Source: Burkholderiales bacterium (lineage in GTDB: Bacteria; Pseudomonadota; Gammaproteobacteria; Burkholderiales; SG8-39). From it: DNA of 64,000 bases. Below the pieces are notes generated by a model, which saw only the letters and a list, made by a program, of their open reading frames with translations, searched no databases and was not told where the DNA came from. Shown here piece by piece: positions 17,941 to 26,227 of the stretch. The stretch covers positions 9,283 through 73,282 of the forward strand of contig JBBDXL010000170.1 of NCBI GenBank assembly GCA_040902335.1, given 5' to 3'. The position numbers and the translations under genes are program-made. Each line of letters starts with the position of its first letter. The first letter of the stretch is position 1.

Positions 17941-19046
17941 GTCATCCGCCAGTATTGGTATTTCATCGTGAGCGCGGAGCCGGCGACGATCGCCGCGAAG
18001 GTGAGGAACGAGCCCAACGCGAGCGTTGAGATGCCGGTGATCGCCTGGCCGATGGTGCAGCCCAGCGCGGTGATGCCGCCGAAGCCCATGAGCGTCCCGC
18101 CGATCACGTGGTTCGCGGTGTCCCCGGCGTCGCGAAAGCCCTCCCAGCGGAAGCTGCGCGTGGCGAGCGCATAGGCGGCCGAGCCGGCGATCACGCCCAG
18201 CCCCGATGCGATGCCGTAGGTGACGATCTTCGACTTGTCGGTCCACAGCATCAGATATTCGAGCGTGTAGGCCATCGGCGAAACGAAGGAGAACGACTCC
18301 ATGCGCCCGGTGTTGGTGGCGATGAACGCCTCCTGCAGCGTTTCGGGATGCTCTTCGACATAGCCGAGCACGCCGCTGACATACCAGCCGCCGACCACCA
18401 CCAGCCCCGTGACCACGCCGCCCAGCGTGTAGTCGAAGTTGGCGCGGAACTCTCTTTTCGCGTAGGCGAAGGCGACGAGCCCGCCGCCGATCGCCGCCGC
18501 CAGGATCGCCGTCCAGGTCGGCTGGGCCCCGCCGGTCGCCGCCGCGAGAAGCGAGCCCAGGTCCTGCCCCGTGGGCAGCGTGATCGCCGCCCTCTCCAGC
18601 ACGCCCACGCGGAACGCGCCGAACAGGCCCCTGAGCGTCATGTAGGCGGCGATGCCGAGGAACACGTAGACGATGAGCGACTTGAGGTTTCCCCCGCCGA
18701 TGCGGATCAGCGTTTTCGAGCCGCAGCCCGAGCCGAGCGTCATGCCGACGCCGAAGAGAAAACCGCCGACGATGTACGAGAGCCAGGTGAAGTTGGAGCC
18801 CGGGTAGATCGACTTGGAGAGGTCCACCACGCCGGCGAGGGCGAGCGCGCTCGAGCCGAGCAGCGCCACCGCGATGGCGAGCAGCCACATGCGCATGCGA
18901 CTGGTATCGCCCATGTTCACCCAGTCGGATACCGCGCCCATCGTGCAGAAGTTGGTCTTGTTGCCTACGGCGCCGAAAATGAAGGCGAGGACGAACGCGC
19001 CGCCGGTGACGTAGGGGACGAGCTGCGCGGGATCGGCTTCGTTCAT
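17937..19046 (-). CDS. YeeE/YedE family sulfur-compound (thiosulfate-type) transporter
   Basis: Polytopic membrane protein with the paired conserved motifs NFCTMGA and GGITALGCTIGQ. Start MNEADPAQ at 19046 overlaps the upstream stop (ATGA). Confidence 0.85.
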   Translation of the reverse strand: MNEADPAQLVPYVTGGAFVLAFIFGAVGNKTNFCTMGAVSDWVNMGDTSRMRMWLLAIAVALLGSSALALAGVVDLSKSIYPGSNFTWLSYIVGGFLFGVGMTLGSGCGSKTLIRIGGGNLKSLIVYVFLGIAAYMTLRGLFGAFRVGVLERAAITLPTGQDLGSLLAAATGGAQPTWTAILAAAIGGGLVAFAYAKREFRANFDYTLGGVVTGLVVVGGWYVSGVLGYVEEHPETLQEAFIATNTGRMESFSFVSPMAYTLEYLMLWTDKSKIVTYGIASGLGVIAGSAAYALATRSFRWEGFRDAGDTANHVIGGTLMGFGGITALGCTIGQAITGISTLALGSFLTFAAIVAGSALTMKYQYWRMT

Positions 19047-20152
19047 CGGAGATGCTCCAGGGCCTTGCGGTGATCGAGCACGCCGCGCGCGGCGTCGGCG
19101 GCCCCCCGGAGCGAGCCGTGACGGCCGAGATGCCACAGGCACAGCGCGGCGCCGTAGATCAGGCAGTCGCGCGTCGGGCCGCTCTGGCCGGCGAGCGCCG
19201 CCATGCCGGCCGCCGCGGCCGCTTTCGCCGCGACCGCCGCATCGAACGGCACTTCGCTATTGCCGTCGTCGCTCGCGCCGGGGATGCGCGGCGCGCGTAC
19301 GGACTGCTCGATGCCGAGCTCGGCAGGCTTGAACTCCACCGCCATCTCCTCGGCGCCGCCGAGAACGCGGAACACCTTGCCGGTCTGCGAGAGCGACGGA
19401 ATCACGCCGCCCTCGACGCCGCGCACGATGAGCGCGGAGTCGAAACCAGCGTGGCGCGCGAGCAGCGCGTAAATGCGCGGATAGGGCTTGTGCACGTAGC
19501 CGGTGACGAGATGGGTCTTCAGGCGGCCGCGCACGGGACCGGCCAGCACCTCGGCGGTGGTGATGGCGGGGCGCTTCACGATGAGCGCGCGCAGCGCGGC
19601 GAGCGCGTAGAGCTTCGGGCAGAACGCTTTCTGATCGACGTAGGCCCAGCCGATGCGCGCATCGCCGAGTCGCGCGGCGGCCTCTTCCGGCCCCAGATCC
19701 ACCGGCAAGCCGGCGGCGCCCAGCACCTGCCGGTGCGTGACGCCGTACTTGGGGCCCATGCGCTCGACGCCGTGCGAAACCGTGGCCACGCCGCAGGCAG
19801 CGAGTACCGGCGGCAGGAAGGGCGAGGCCGGCAGCGTCCGGATGTAGCCGTCGTAGGGGTCGCCGATGTCGAGCACCTCGTCCACCGGCGCGGTGGCGCC
19901 GCGCGTCGCATCGCGAATCGCTTCCAGCACGCCGAGGTTTTCGTCGTCCGTCTCGCGCTTCATGCGCAGCGCGATCAGGAATACCCCGGCCTGCACCGGA
20001 TCGACCAGCCCGTCGAGCACCAGGCGCATGCCCGCGCGGGCCTCTTCGCGCGAGATGTCCTTGCTCAGCTCCGGCCCGGTGGCGATGCGCTTGAGGATCG
20101 AGCGCATCAGGGCCGCATCATCTGCCGGGCTCACGCGCAGCGAAGCGCTCAT
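19043..20152 (-). CDS. glycosyltransferase family 3 / anthranilate phosphoribosyltransferase-like protein (non-canonical, TrpD2/YbiB-like)
   Basis: N-terminal helical bundle (ILKRIATGPELSKDISREEA...AGVFLIALRMKRET) and an alpha/beta domain. The PRPP-binding GTGGD motif is replaced by IGDPYDG. Confidence 0.7.
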   Translation of the reverse strand: MSASLRVSPADDAALMRSILKRIATGPELSKDISREEARAGMRLVLDGLVDPVQAGVFLIALRMKRETDDENLGVLEAIRDATRGATAPVDEVLDIGDPYDGYIRTLPASPFLPPVLAACGVATVSHGVERMGPKYGVTHRQVLGAAGLPVDLGPEEAAARLGDARIGWAYVDQKAFCPKLYALAALRALIVKRPAITTAEVLAGPVRGRLKTHLVTGYVHKPYPRIYALLARHAGFDSALIVRGVEGGVIPSLSQTGKVFRVLGGAEEMAVEFKPAELGIEQSVRAPRIPGASDDGNSEVPFDAAVAAKAAAAAGMAALAGQSGPTRDCLIYGAALCLWHLGRHGSLRGAADAARGVLDHRKALEHLR

Positions 20153-20478
20153 GGCGTCTGCGCCCCGTGCACACCGACCAGAATGCGCTCGCCTTCCAGC
20201 CGCACCGGATAGGTCTCGAGGTTTTCCTCCGCCGGCTCCTCCAGCGCCTCGCCGGTGCAGACGTTGAAGCGGCTGCCGTGCAGCGGGCACTTGACCAGCG
20301 CGCCTTTCAGGACGCCCGCCGAGAGCGAAGCCTCTTCGTGGGTGCAGGTGTCGTCCGCCGCGCAGATGCGCCCGTCGACGTTGGCGAGCAGGATGCGCCG
20401 GCCGAGAATGTCGACGCGCTTCATGGCGCCGGGCGCAAGCTCGCCCGCCTTTCCTGCCTCGATGAATTCTTGCGTCAT
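20149..20478 (-). CDS. Rieske (2Fe-2S) ferredoxin, NirD-like
   Basis: 109-aa ORF with the CTH...CPLHG Rieske ligand pairs. Confidence 0.8.
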   Translation of the reverse strand: MTQEFIEAGKAGELAPGAMKRVDILGRRILLANVDGRICAADDTCTHEEASLSAGVLKGALVKCPLHGSRFNVCTGEALEEPAEENLETYPVRLEGERILVGVHGAQTP

Positions 20479-20485
20479 CTGTATC

Positions 20486-21871
20486 TCATGCCGCGGGTTC
20501 GAACCATTTTAGACGCTCGCGCAGCCTCACCACCTCGCCGATGATGATCAGCGTAGGCGCCTTGACGCCGCTTGCGTGCACGAGGGCGGGCAGCGACTCG
20601 AGCGTGCCCGCCAGCACGCGCTGCTGCGGCGTGGTGCCCTGCTGGATCAGCGCGGCCGGCGTAGCGGCCGGCAGGCCATGCGCGGTGAGCTCGCGGCACA
20701 GGACATCGATGCCGACCAGTCCCATGTAGAACACGATGGTCTGGCGCGGTTGCGCGAGCGCGCGCCAGTTCAGGTTCATGCTGCCGTCCTGCATCTGGCC
20801 GGTGACGAACACCACCGACTGCGCGTAGTCGCGGTGGGTAAGCGGAATGCCGGCGTAGGACGCGCAGCCGGCCGCCGCGGTGATGCCGGGCACCACCTGG
20901 AAGGGAATGCCCTCGGCGGCGAGCGTATCGATCTCCTCGCCGCCGCGCCCGAAGATGAACGGATCGCCGCCCTTCAGGCGCACCACGCGCTTGCCCTCGC
21001 GCGCCAGGCGCACCAGCAGGTGATTGATGTCCTCCTGCGGCAGCGCGTGCTTCGCGCGCTCCTTGCCGGCGTAGATGCGCTCGGCCTCGATCCGCACCAG
21101 ATTCAGGATCGGCTGCGAGACCAGCCGGTCGTACACCACGACGTCGGCCTGCTGCATCAGCCGCAGCGCGCGGAACGTGAGCAGGTCCGGATCGCCCGGG
21201 CCGGCGCCGACCAGCGACACCTCGCCGCCGCTGAAGGCAAGGCGCGTGTCCTCGAGCGCGGCCCGCAGGGCCGCGCTTGCCTCGGCGTCGCGGCCCGTGA
21301 ACACCAGCTCGGCGATCGGGCCCTGCAGCACGCGTTCCCAGAAGCGCCGGCGCTCCGGCGGCTTGAAGCGTGCCTTGACGCGATCGCGGAACGCCCCCGC
21401 CAGCGCGGCGAGGCGCCCATAGCCCGCCGGGATTAGGCTCTCCAGGCGCGCGCGCAGCAGCCGCGCCAGCACCGGCGAAGCGCCGCCGCTCGACACCGCC
21501 ACGATGAGCGGCGCGCGCTCGATGATGGAGGGCAGGATGAACGAGGAGAGCGCGGGCTGGTCGACCACGTTCACCGGGATGCGCCGCGCCCGGGCAGCGG
21601 CGGCGACCGCCCGATTCACGGCTTGGTCGCTGGTCGCCGCGATCGCCACCGCAAACCCGTCGAGGTCCTCGTCGCGGAAGCTCGCCGCGCGCTGCGTGAT
21701 GCGCGCGGCGGCGAGATCGGCGTCGAAGGCCGCGCTCAGCGCCGGCGCGAGCACCGTGACCCGCGCGCCGGCGCGCAGCAGCAGCGCGCACTTGCGCGCG
21801 GCCACCTCGCCGCCGCCCACCACCAGGCAGGGCTGGTCGCGTACGTCGAGAAAGATCGGCAGAAAGTCCAT
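20486..21871 (-). CDS. cysG: siroheme synthase (uroporphyrinogen-III methyltransferase / precorrin-2 dehydrogenase / ferrochelatase)
   Basis: 461-aa ORF. N-terminal [11 protein letters not shown] Rossmann fold plus a C-terminal SAM methylase ([25 protein letters not shown]). Confidence 0.9.
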   Translation of the reverse strand: MDFLPIFLDVRDQPCLVVGGGEVAARKCALLLRAGARVTVLAPALSAAFDADLAAARITQRAASFRDEDLDGFAVAIAATSDQAVNRAVAAAARARRIPVNVVDQPALSSFILPSIIERAPLIVAVSSGGASPVLARLLRARLESLIPAGYGRLAALAGAFRDRVKARFKPPERRRFWERVLQGPIAELVFTGRDAEASAALRAALEDTRLAFSGGEVSLVGAGPGDPDLLTFRALRLMQQADVVVYDRLVSQPILNLVRIEAERIYAGKERAKHALPQEDINHLLVRLAREGKRVVRLKGGDPFIFGRGGEEIDTLAAEGIPFQVVPGITAAAGCASYAGIPLTHRDYAQSVVFVTGQMQDGSMNLNWRALAQPRQTIVFYMGLVGIDVLCRELTAHGLPAATPAALIQQGTTPQQRVLAGTLESLPALVHASGVKAPTLIIIGEVVRLRERLKWFEPAA

Positions 21872-21910
21872 GGCGTTCTACGAGCGCGGGGCGCTTCGCT
21901 ATGATAGATC

Positions 21911-22900
21911 ATGAGCGCGCACGTACAGGTCAAGCCGAGCGGCCGCGAGTTCTTCGTAGACGGCAACGACAGCCTGCTGGAGGCGGCGCTGCGCGCGGGG
22001 CTGTCGCTCGACTACGGCTGCAGCATCGGCAGCTGCGGAAAATGCAAGGCCCGGGTCGTTTCGGGCCAGGCGCACCGCACGCGCCATTCCGATTACGCCC
22101 TTACCGCGGCCGAGAAGAACGCCGGCGTCGTGCTCATGTGCTGCAACACCGCGCTCACCGACCTCGTGCTCGAGGCGCGCGAGGCGCACGGCGCGGCGGA
22201 CATGCCGCTGCAGAGCATCGACGCCAGGGTCAAGTCCGTGAGCCCGCTCGGCGACGACCTGCGGCTGCTGCATCTGCAGACGCCGCGCAGCAACCGGCTG
22301 CGCTTTCTCGCCGGGCAATCGGTCTCGCTGTCTCTGGGCGAAGGTCTCAGCGCATCGTTCCCCGTGGCGAGCTGCCCCTGCGACGACCGCAACCTGCAGT
22401 TCCACGTGCAACGGCGCGCCGGCGACGCCTTCGCCGAGCGCGTATTCGGCGGGCTGAAGGGCGTAGACACGGTGCGCGTCGAGGGACCGCGCGGGGAATT
22501 CGTGCTGAACGAGGAATCGCATCGGGCGCTCGTCTTCATCGCCGGCGAATCCGGTTTTGCGCCCATCAAGAGCCTGATCGAGCACGCCATGGCGCTCGAG
22601 GCGGCCGAGTCGATGCATCTGGTCTGGGTCGCCGCCGACAGCAACGGCCACTACCTGGACAATCTGTGCCGCTCGTGGAGCGATGCCCTGGACGACTTCC
22701 GCTACACCTCCTTGACGGCGAAGGGCGCCCTTGCGGACGACGAGGCAATGGTGCGGCAGGTATTGCAGGATCACCCGCGGCTGGTCGAATGCGATGTCTA
22801 CGTCGCGGGGCCCGCGCCGTGGGCGGGCGCGGCCGAGTTCCAGCTGCTCGAGCGCGGGCTGCCGCGCGCACAATTGAGGGTCAGCGCCCTGCAGGCCTAA
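21911..22900 (+). CDS. 2Fe-2S ferredoxin fused to FNR-type NAD(P)H-flavin oxidoreductase
   Basis: N-terminal plant-type ferredoxin CSIGSCGKC...C, then a RxFS-like FAD-binding module (RLRFLAGQSVSL) and an NAD-binding module GESGFAPIKS. Confidence 0.85.
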   Translation: MSAHVQVKPSGREFFVDGNDSLLEAALRAGLSLDYGCSIGSCGKCKARVVSGQAHRTRHSDYALTAAEKNAGVVLMCCNTALTDLVLEAREAHGAADMPLQSIDARVKSVSPLGDDLRLLHLQTPRSNRLRFLAGQSVSLSLGEGLSASFPVASCPCDDRNLQFHVQRRAGDAFAERVFGGLKGVDTVRVEGPRGEFVLNEESHRALVFIAGESGFAPIKSLIEHAMALEAAESMHLVWVAADSNGHYLDNLCRSWSDALDDFRYTSLTAKGALADDEAMVRQVLQDHPRLVECDVYVAGPAPWAGAAEFQLLERGLPRAQLRVSALQA

Positions 22901-23565
22901 GGAGACTTCTTCCGGCTCTTGCCCAGGCCATGCTCGACCGCGCTCACCGCCGCCTCCACGCGCGAGCGCAAGCCGAGCTTGCGCAGGATCGCTTTCACGT
23001 GCAGCTTGACGGTGCCGTCGGTGATGTCCAGCTCGCGCGCGATCATCTTGTTGCTGGAGCCATCGGCGATGCACTCCAGGATCTCCAGCTCGCGCGGCGT
23101 GAGCTCGGCGAAGGGCGCCGGGCGCCGCGCCGCGCGTTGCGGGCCCGCTTCCTTGCCGCCCACCAGGCGCGCCAGGGTGCCGACCAGCTCGCGCGCGACG
23201 ACGTTGTTACCCTGCAGCGCCGCCTCGAGCGCGGGCACCAGGTCCTCCGGCTCGATGTCCTTCAGCAGGTAGCCCTGCGCGCCGCCGCGCAGCGCCGCGC
23301 TCAGATCGGCATCCTCGCGGCTCATGGTGAGCATCACCACCGGCGTGCCGATGCCGCTCGCGCGCAGCTGTTTCAGGGTCTCGATGCCGTTCATGCCCGG
23401 CATCTTGACGTCGAGCAGGATGAGATCGGCGGGCAGCTCGCGCGCCCGGCGCACGCCCTCCTCGCCCGAGCCGACCGCGGCCACCACCTGGACGCCGCGG
23501 CTCTGCAGCAGCTCCTCGATGCCCTTGCGCACCAGCGCGTGGTCGTCGATCAGCAGTACCCGCAT
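22897..23565 (-). CDS. NarL/FixJ-family response regulator (REC + LuxR-type HTH)
   Basis: MRVLLIDDH...DLILLDVKMPGMNG receiver domain and a C-terminal LTPRELEILECIADGSSNKMIAREL HTH. Confidence 0.9.
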   Translation of the reverse strand: MRVLLIDDHALVRKGIEELLQSRGVQVVAAVGSGEEGVRRARELPADLILLDVKMPGMNGIETLKQLRASGIGTPVVMLTMSREDADLSAALRGGAQGYLLKDIEPEDLVPALEAALQGNNVVARELVGTLARLVGGKEAGPQRAARRPAPFAELTPRELEILECIADGSSNKMIARELDITDGTVKLHVKAILRKLGLRSRVEAAVSAVEHGLGKSRKKSP

Positions 23566-23566
23566 G

Positions 23567-24772
23567 TCAGCTGCGCGTCGCGGCGGCCGGCGGCGCAGTG
23601 AACATCAGCACGATGCGCGTGCCCTCGCCGGGCTCGCTCTCGATCACGATCTGGCCTTGCAGCCGCTCGGTGCGCTCGCGCATGATGGCGAGACCCGCGT
23701 GGCCGCCGTGGGCGCCCTCCTCGGCCTCGGGCTCGGCCATGCCCAGGCCGTCGTCCTCGATCAGCACGGTGTAGAGATCGCCCTCGTTGTTGAGCATGAC
23801 GCGCACGTTGTGCGCGCCGCTGTGCTTGCGGATGTTGGCGAGCGCCTCCTGGACGATGAAGAACACCTGGATCTCCTGGGCCGGCGTGAGCGCGAGCGAG
23901 CGGCATTCGTTCTGGAAGAACACCGCGATGCCGGTTTCCCGGCCGAAGCGCTCGACCAGGCTGGCGATCGTCGGCACCAGCCCGGCGTCGTCGATCTTCA
24001 GGCGGTAGTTGGTGAGCAGCTCGCGCAGGTCGCCGTTCGCCTGCGTCATCGCGCGCCGCAGGCGGCTCGCCTCGTACTGGGCGGCGCCGACGTCCTTGCG
24101 CGCCAGCGACTCGCCGAGGAGCTTCAGCTGCAGGCGCATGCCGATCAGCGACTGCGCCAGGGAATCGTGCAGCTCGTTGCCGATGATGTTGCGCTCCTCC
24201 AGGATGGCGAGGCGGCGCGCCTCGCTCTCCAGGCGCGACTTCTCGATGGCGAGGCCCAGGTGCCGGCCCACGCTGATCAGCAGGTCGGGCATGTCCTCGC
24301 CCATGGCCGCGAGCGGGCGGTCGAGGAACAGGTTGTAGACGCCGAGGATGCGGTCCTGGTACTGCACCGGAACCGCCACGAACTCCGCGCAGTCGCGCTC
24401 GAGCATCGGCCGGCCGATGAGCGCCGCGCAGGGCGCGGTGCCGCGCTGGATGCGCAGCCCGCCTTCGCTCGCCGCCCAGCCGCAGGGGCAGCCGCCCACC
24501 GGCATCAGCCGGTCGCGCTCGGCGACCTCCGGGGCGAGTCCGCGGCTCGCGATCAGCCGGGTGTGGCCGTCGCCGGTGGCGAGCCGCACGCTCGCCGCGC
24601 GCGCGTCCACCAGCTCGATGAACGCCTCGAGAAAGCCGTCGAGCAACTGCTCGAGGCTCCCGGGTTGGCTGAGGGTGGTGGCCACCTCGTACAGGATGTC
24701 GAGCGACTGCGTCTTGCGCGCAAGGCGCACCGCCTGCGTCTGCGCCTGCTTCGAGGAAGTGGGCTCCGGCAT
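23567..24772 (-). CDS. cytoplasmic GAF-domain sensor histidine kinase (HisKA_3/NarX-like)
   Basis: No TM segments. Has a GAF-like N-terminal half, an H-box ELHDSLAQSL and an ATPase domain (N, G1 DDGLG, G2 GLAIMRER). Confidence 0.85.
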   Translation of the reverse strand: MPEPTSSKQAQTQAVRLARKTQSLDILYEVATTLSQPGSLEQLLDGFLEAFIELVDARAASVRLATGDGHTRLIASRGLAPEVAERDRLMPVGGCPCGWAASEGGLRIQRGTAPCAALIGRPMLERDCAEFVAVPVQYQDRILGVYNLFLDRPLAAMGEDMPDLLISVGRHLGLAIEKSRLESEARRLAILEERNIIGNELHDSLAQSLIGMRLQLKLLGESLARKDVGAAQYEASRLRRAMTQANGDLRELLTNYRLKIDDAGLVPTIASLVERFGRETGIAVFFQNECRSLALTPAQEIQVFFIVQEALANIRKHSGAHNVRVMLNNEGDLYTVLIEDDGLGMAEPEAEEGAHGGHAGLAIMRERTERLQGQIVIESEPGEGTRIVLMFTAPPAAATRS

Positions 24773-25353
24773 ACCGCAAACCAGACTAACCCCATGCCCC
24801 GGCCGCGTCCAGCGCTGCGCCTAAGCTGAACCGAAGGCGGGCGAACAGCCGGATCGCCAGGCACGACGAGAACGACGGATTTATGCCGCTCCCTTCTTAC
24901 GATCCGCATGGCCTCCGCCATATCGCCATCGTTTGAACAAACAACGGCGCAGTCGTAGCGGTTGTTCCAGGCGTCATTTACGAGATGTACGGACAGGTTG
25001 ACGTCCGACCCTTTTTCTTCGGATTTGAGCACGCTCACATACATTGACCGGCGGAACTTCATCTTATGTACCAGCCGCATCGTGACCGGCTTTTGTATGA
25101 AGTGGCCCTCCGTTATTTCGAGTTCCGGAATGTGGGCTTCAAGCGCTTGTAGGTAAAAGTCCTGCCTGGTCGGAGCGTCGGGATTGTCGGGACGTGCCGA
25201 TACTCTGGCGATGTAATACTTGATTTTCAGAATGTCATTTTCGGGCCGGAGAATGCTCTTGAAGAGGGCTTTTACGTCCAGCCACTTGTGAGACGTATGC
25301 TTGAGCGCTCCGTAGTACAGGTTGAAGCCGTCTATGTAGACATACGTCCGCAC
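24553..25353 (-). pseudogene. NYN/LabA-like (PIN_4) domain gene, apparently 3'-truncated and reading through into the kinase 5' region
   Basis: The N-terminal ~175 aa (MRTYVYIDGFNLYYG...EEKGSDVNL...CSNDGDMAEA...VVLVVPGDP) are a good NYN domain in low-GC DNA. After about 24800 the ORF becomes Arg/Gly-rich high-GC read-through overlapping 23567..24772. Confidence 0.5.
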
Positions 25354-25363
25354 TAAACGACCC

Positions 25364-25396
25364 CTAGAAAAAGCAAAGGCCCGCCGAAGCGGGCCC
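25364..25396 (-). terminator. rho-independent terminator candidate downstream of dsrR
   Basis: Minus strand reads GGCCCGC-TTCG-GCGGGCC followed by TTTGCTTTTTCT. Located about 180 nt after the dsrR stop. Confidence 0.5.
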
Positions 25397-25577
25397 TGCC
25401 AACCCCACGACCGAAGCCGAGGGGGGAGTGGTGAACATATGATAGGGACGGCCTAGCCAAGGTTCAATCTTTTTTTTGTTAACTGGCTGATTCTACTACC
25501 GTCGCCCTGCCGCAACAGGGCGGCAGAAAGCCATAATCCGCCTATAACGGCCGGCCTAATCCCCCAGCCTGGCGACC

Positions 25578-25895
25578 CTAGCGCGCCGCCTTGGGCGCCT
25601 TGTGGGACGGATCGTTCGGATTGAGAAAGATGAAGCGCCACTCGCCGGGATTGATCTCCACGTAATCCAGCGTGGCGCCGGTCAGCAGCTCGACGCTGCC
25701 GGGCGCGACCAGGATCGTGACGCCGTTGCAGGCCACCCGCGCGTCGCCCTCGGCCGCGTCGTCGAAGCCCATGCCGTACTCGATCACGCCCTTGTCGTCC
25801 AGGCGCGCGGCGAGGCGCAGGCTCGGGCTGCCGCCGCCGGCCTGTGCGGCCGACTTGGCGATCTGCTCGGCCGCCTGCGGCGTGACGCTGATCAT
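25578..25895 (-). CDS. dsrR: IscA/HesB-like protein lacking the cluster-ligating cysteines (DsrR)
   Basis: 105-aa A-type-carrier fold (ISVTPQAAEQI...LRLAARLDDKGVIEYGMGFDD...LDYVE) without the C-terminal CGCG cysteines. Last gene of the dsr operon, as in Allochromatium. Confidence 0.75.
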   Translation of the reverse strand: MISVTPQAAEQIAKSAAQAGGGSPSLRLAARLDDKGVIEYGMGFDDAAEGDARVACNGVTILVAPGSVELLTGATLDYVEINPGEWRFIFLNPNDPSHKAPKAAR

Positions 25896-26227
25896 CAGCC
25901 CGTGCTCCAGGCGCGCGGCCGGCGCATGCCGGCGACCTTGCAGGCCTGCTTCACGTAGCCGTAGGGAAACAGTCGGAACAGCTCGTTGCGGTCCTCGCGG
26001 CCCGCGCCGCGCCAGACGGCCAGATGCTTCATGACGTGGCGCGCGTCCGGCGCGATGTGGTGTGCTTCGTAGTACTGGCGCATGAACCGGATCACCGCCC
26101 AGTGCGCATCGGTGAGCGCGATGCGCTCCCTGCGCGCCAGGTCCTCGGCGACGCTCTCGTTCCAGTCGCCGGGATCGACGAGGTAGCCTTCGTCGTCGAG
26201 CGCGGGCCGCGTGCTCTCGACCCTCAT
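25895..26227 (-). CDS. TusE/DsrC-family protein, only penultimate Cys retained (tail ...QACKVAGMRRPRAWSTG)
   Basis: 110-aa product MRVESTRPALDDEGYLVDPGDWNESVAEDLARRERIALTDAHWAVIRFMRQYY...LFPYGYVKQACK. ATGA overlaps on both sides (dsrN, dsrR). Confidence 0.8.
   Translation of the reverse strand: MRVESTRPALDDEGYLVDPGDWNESVAEDLARRERIALTDAHWAVIRFMRQYYEAHHIAPDARHVMKHLAVWRGAGREDRNELFRLFPYGYVKQACKVAGMRRPRAWSTG

Noticed and set aside
25440-25480. A T8 run (…caatcttttttttgttaac…) as a plus-strand intrinsic terminator.
   Set aside because: No stable GC-rich stem precedes it, and no plus-strand gene ends upstream. The convincing terminator in this spacer is on the minus strand at 25364..25396.
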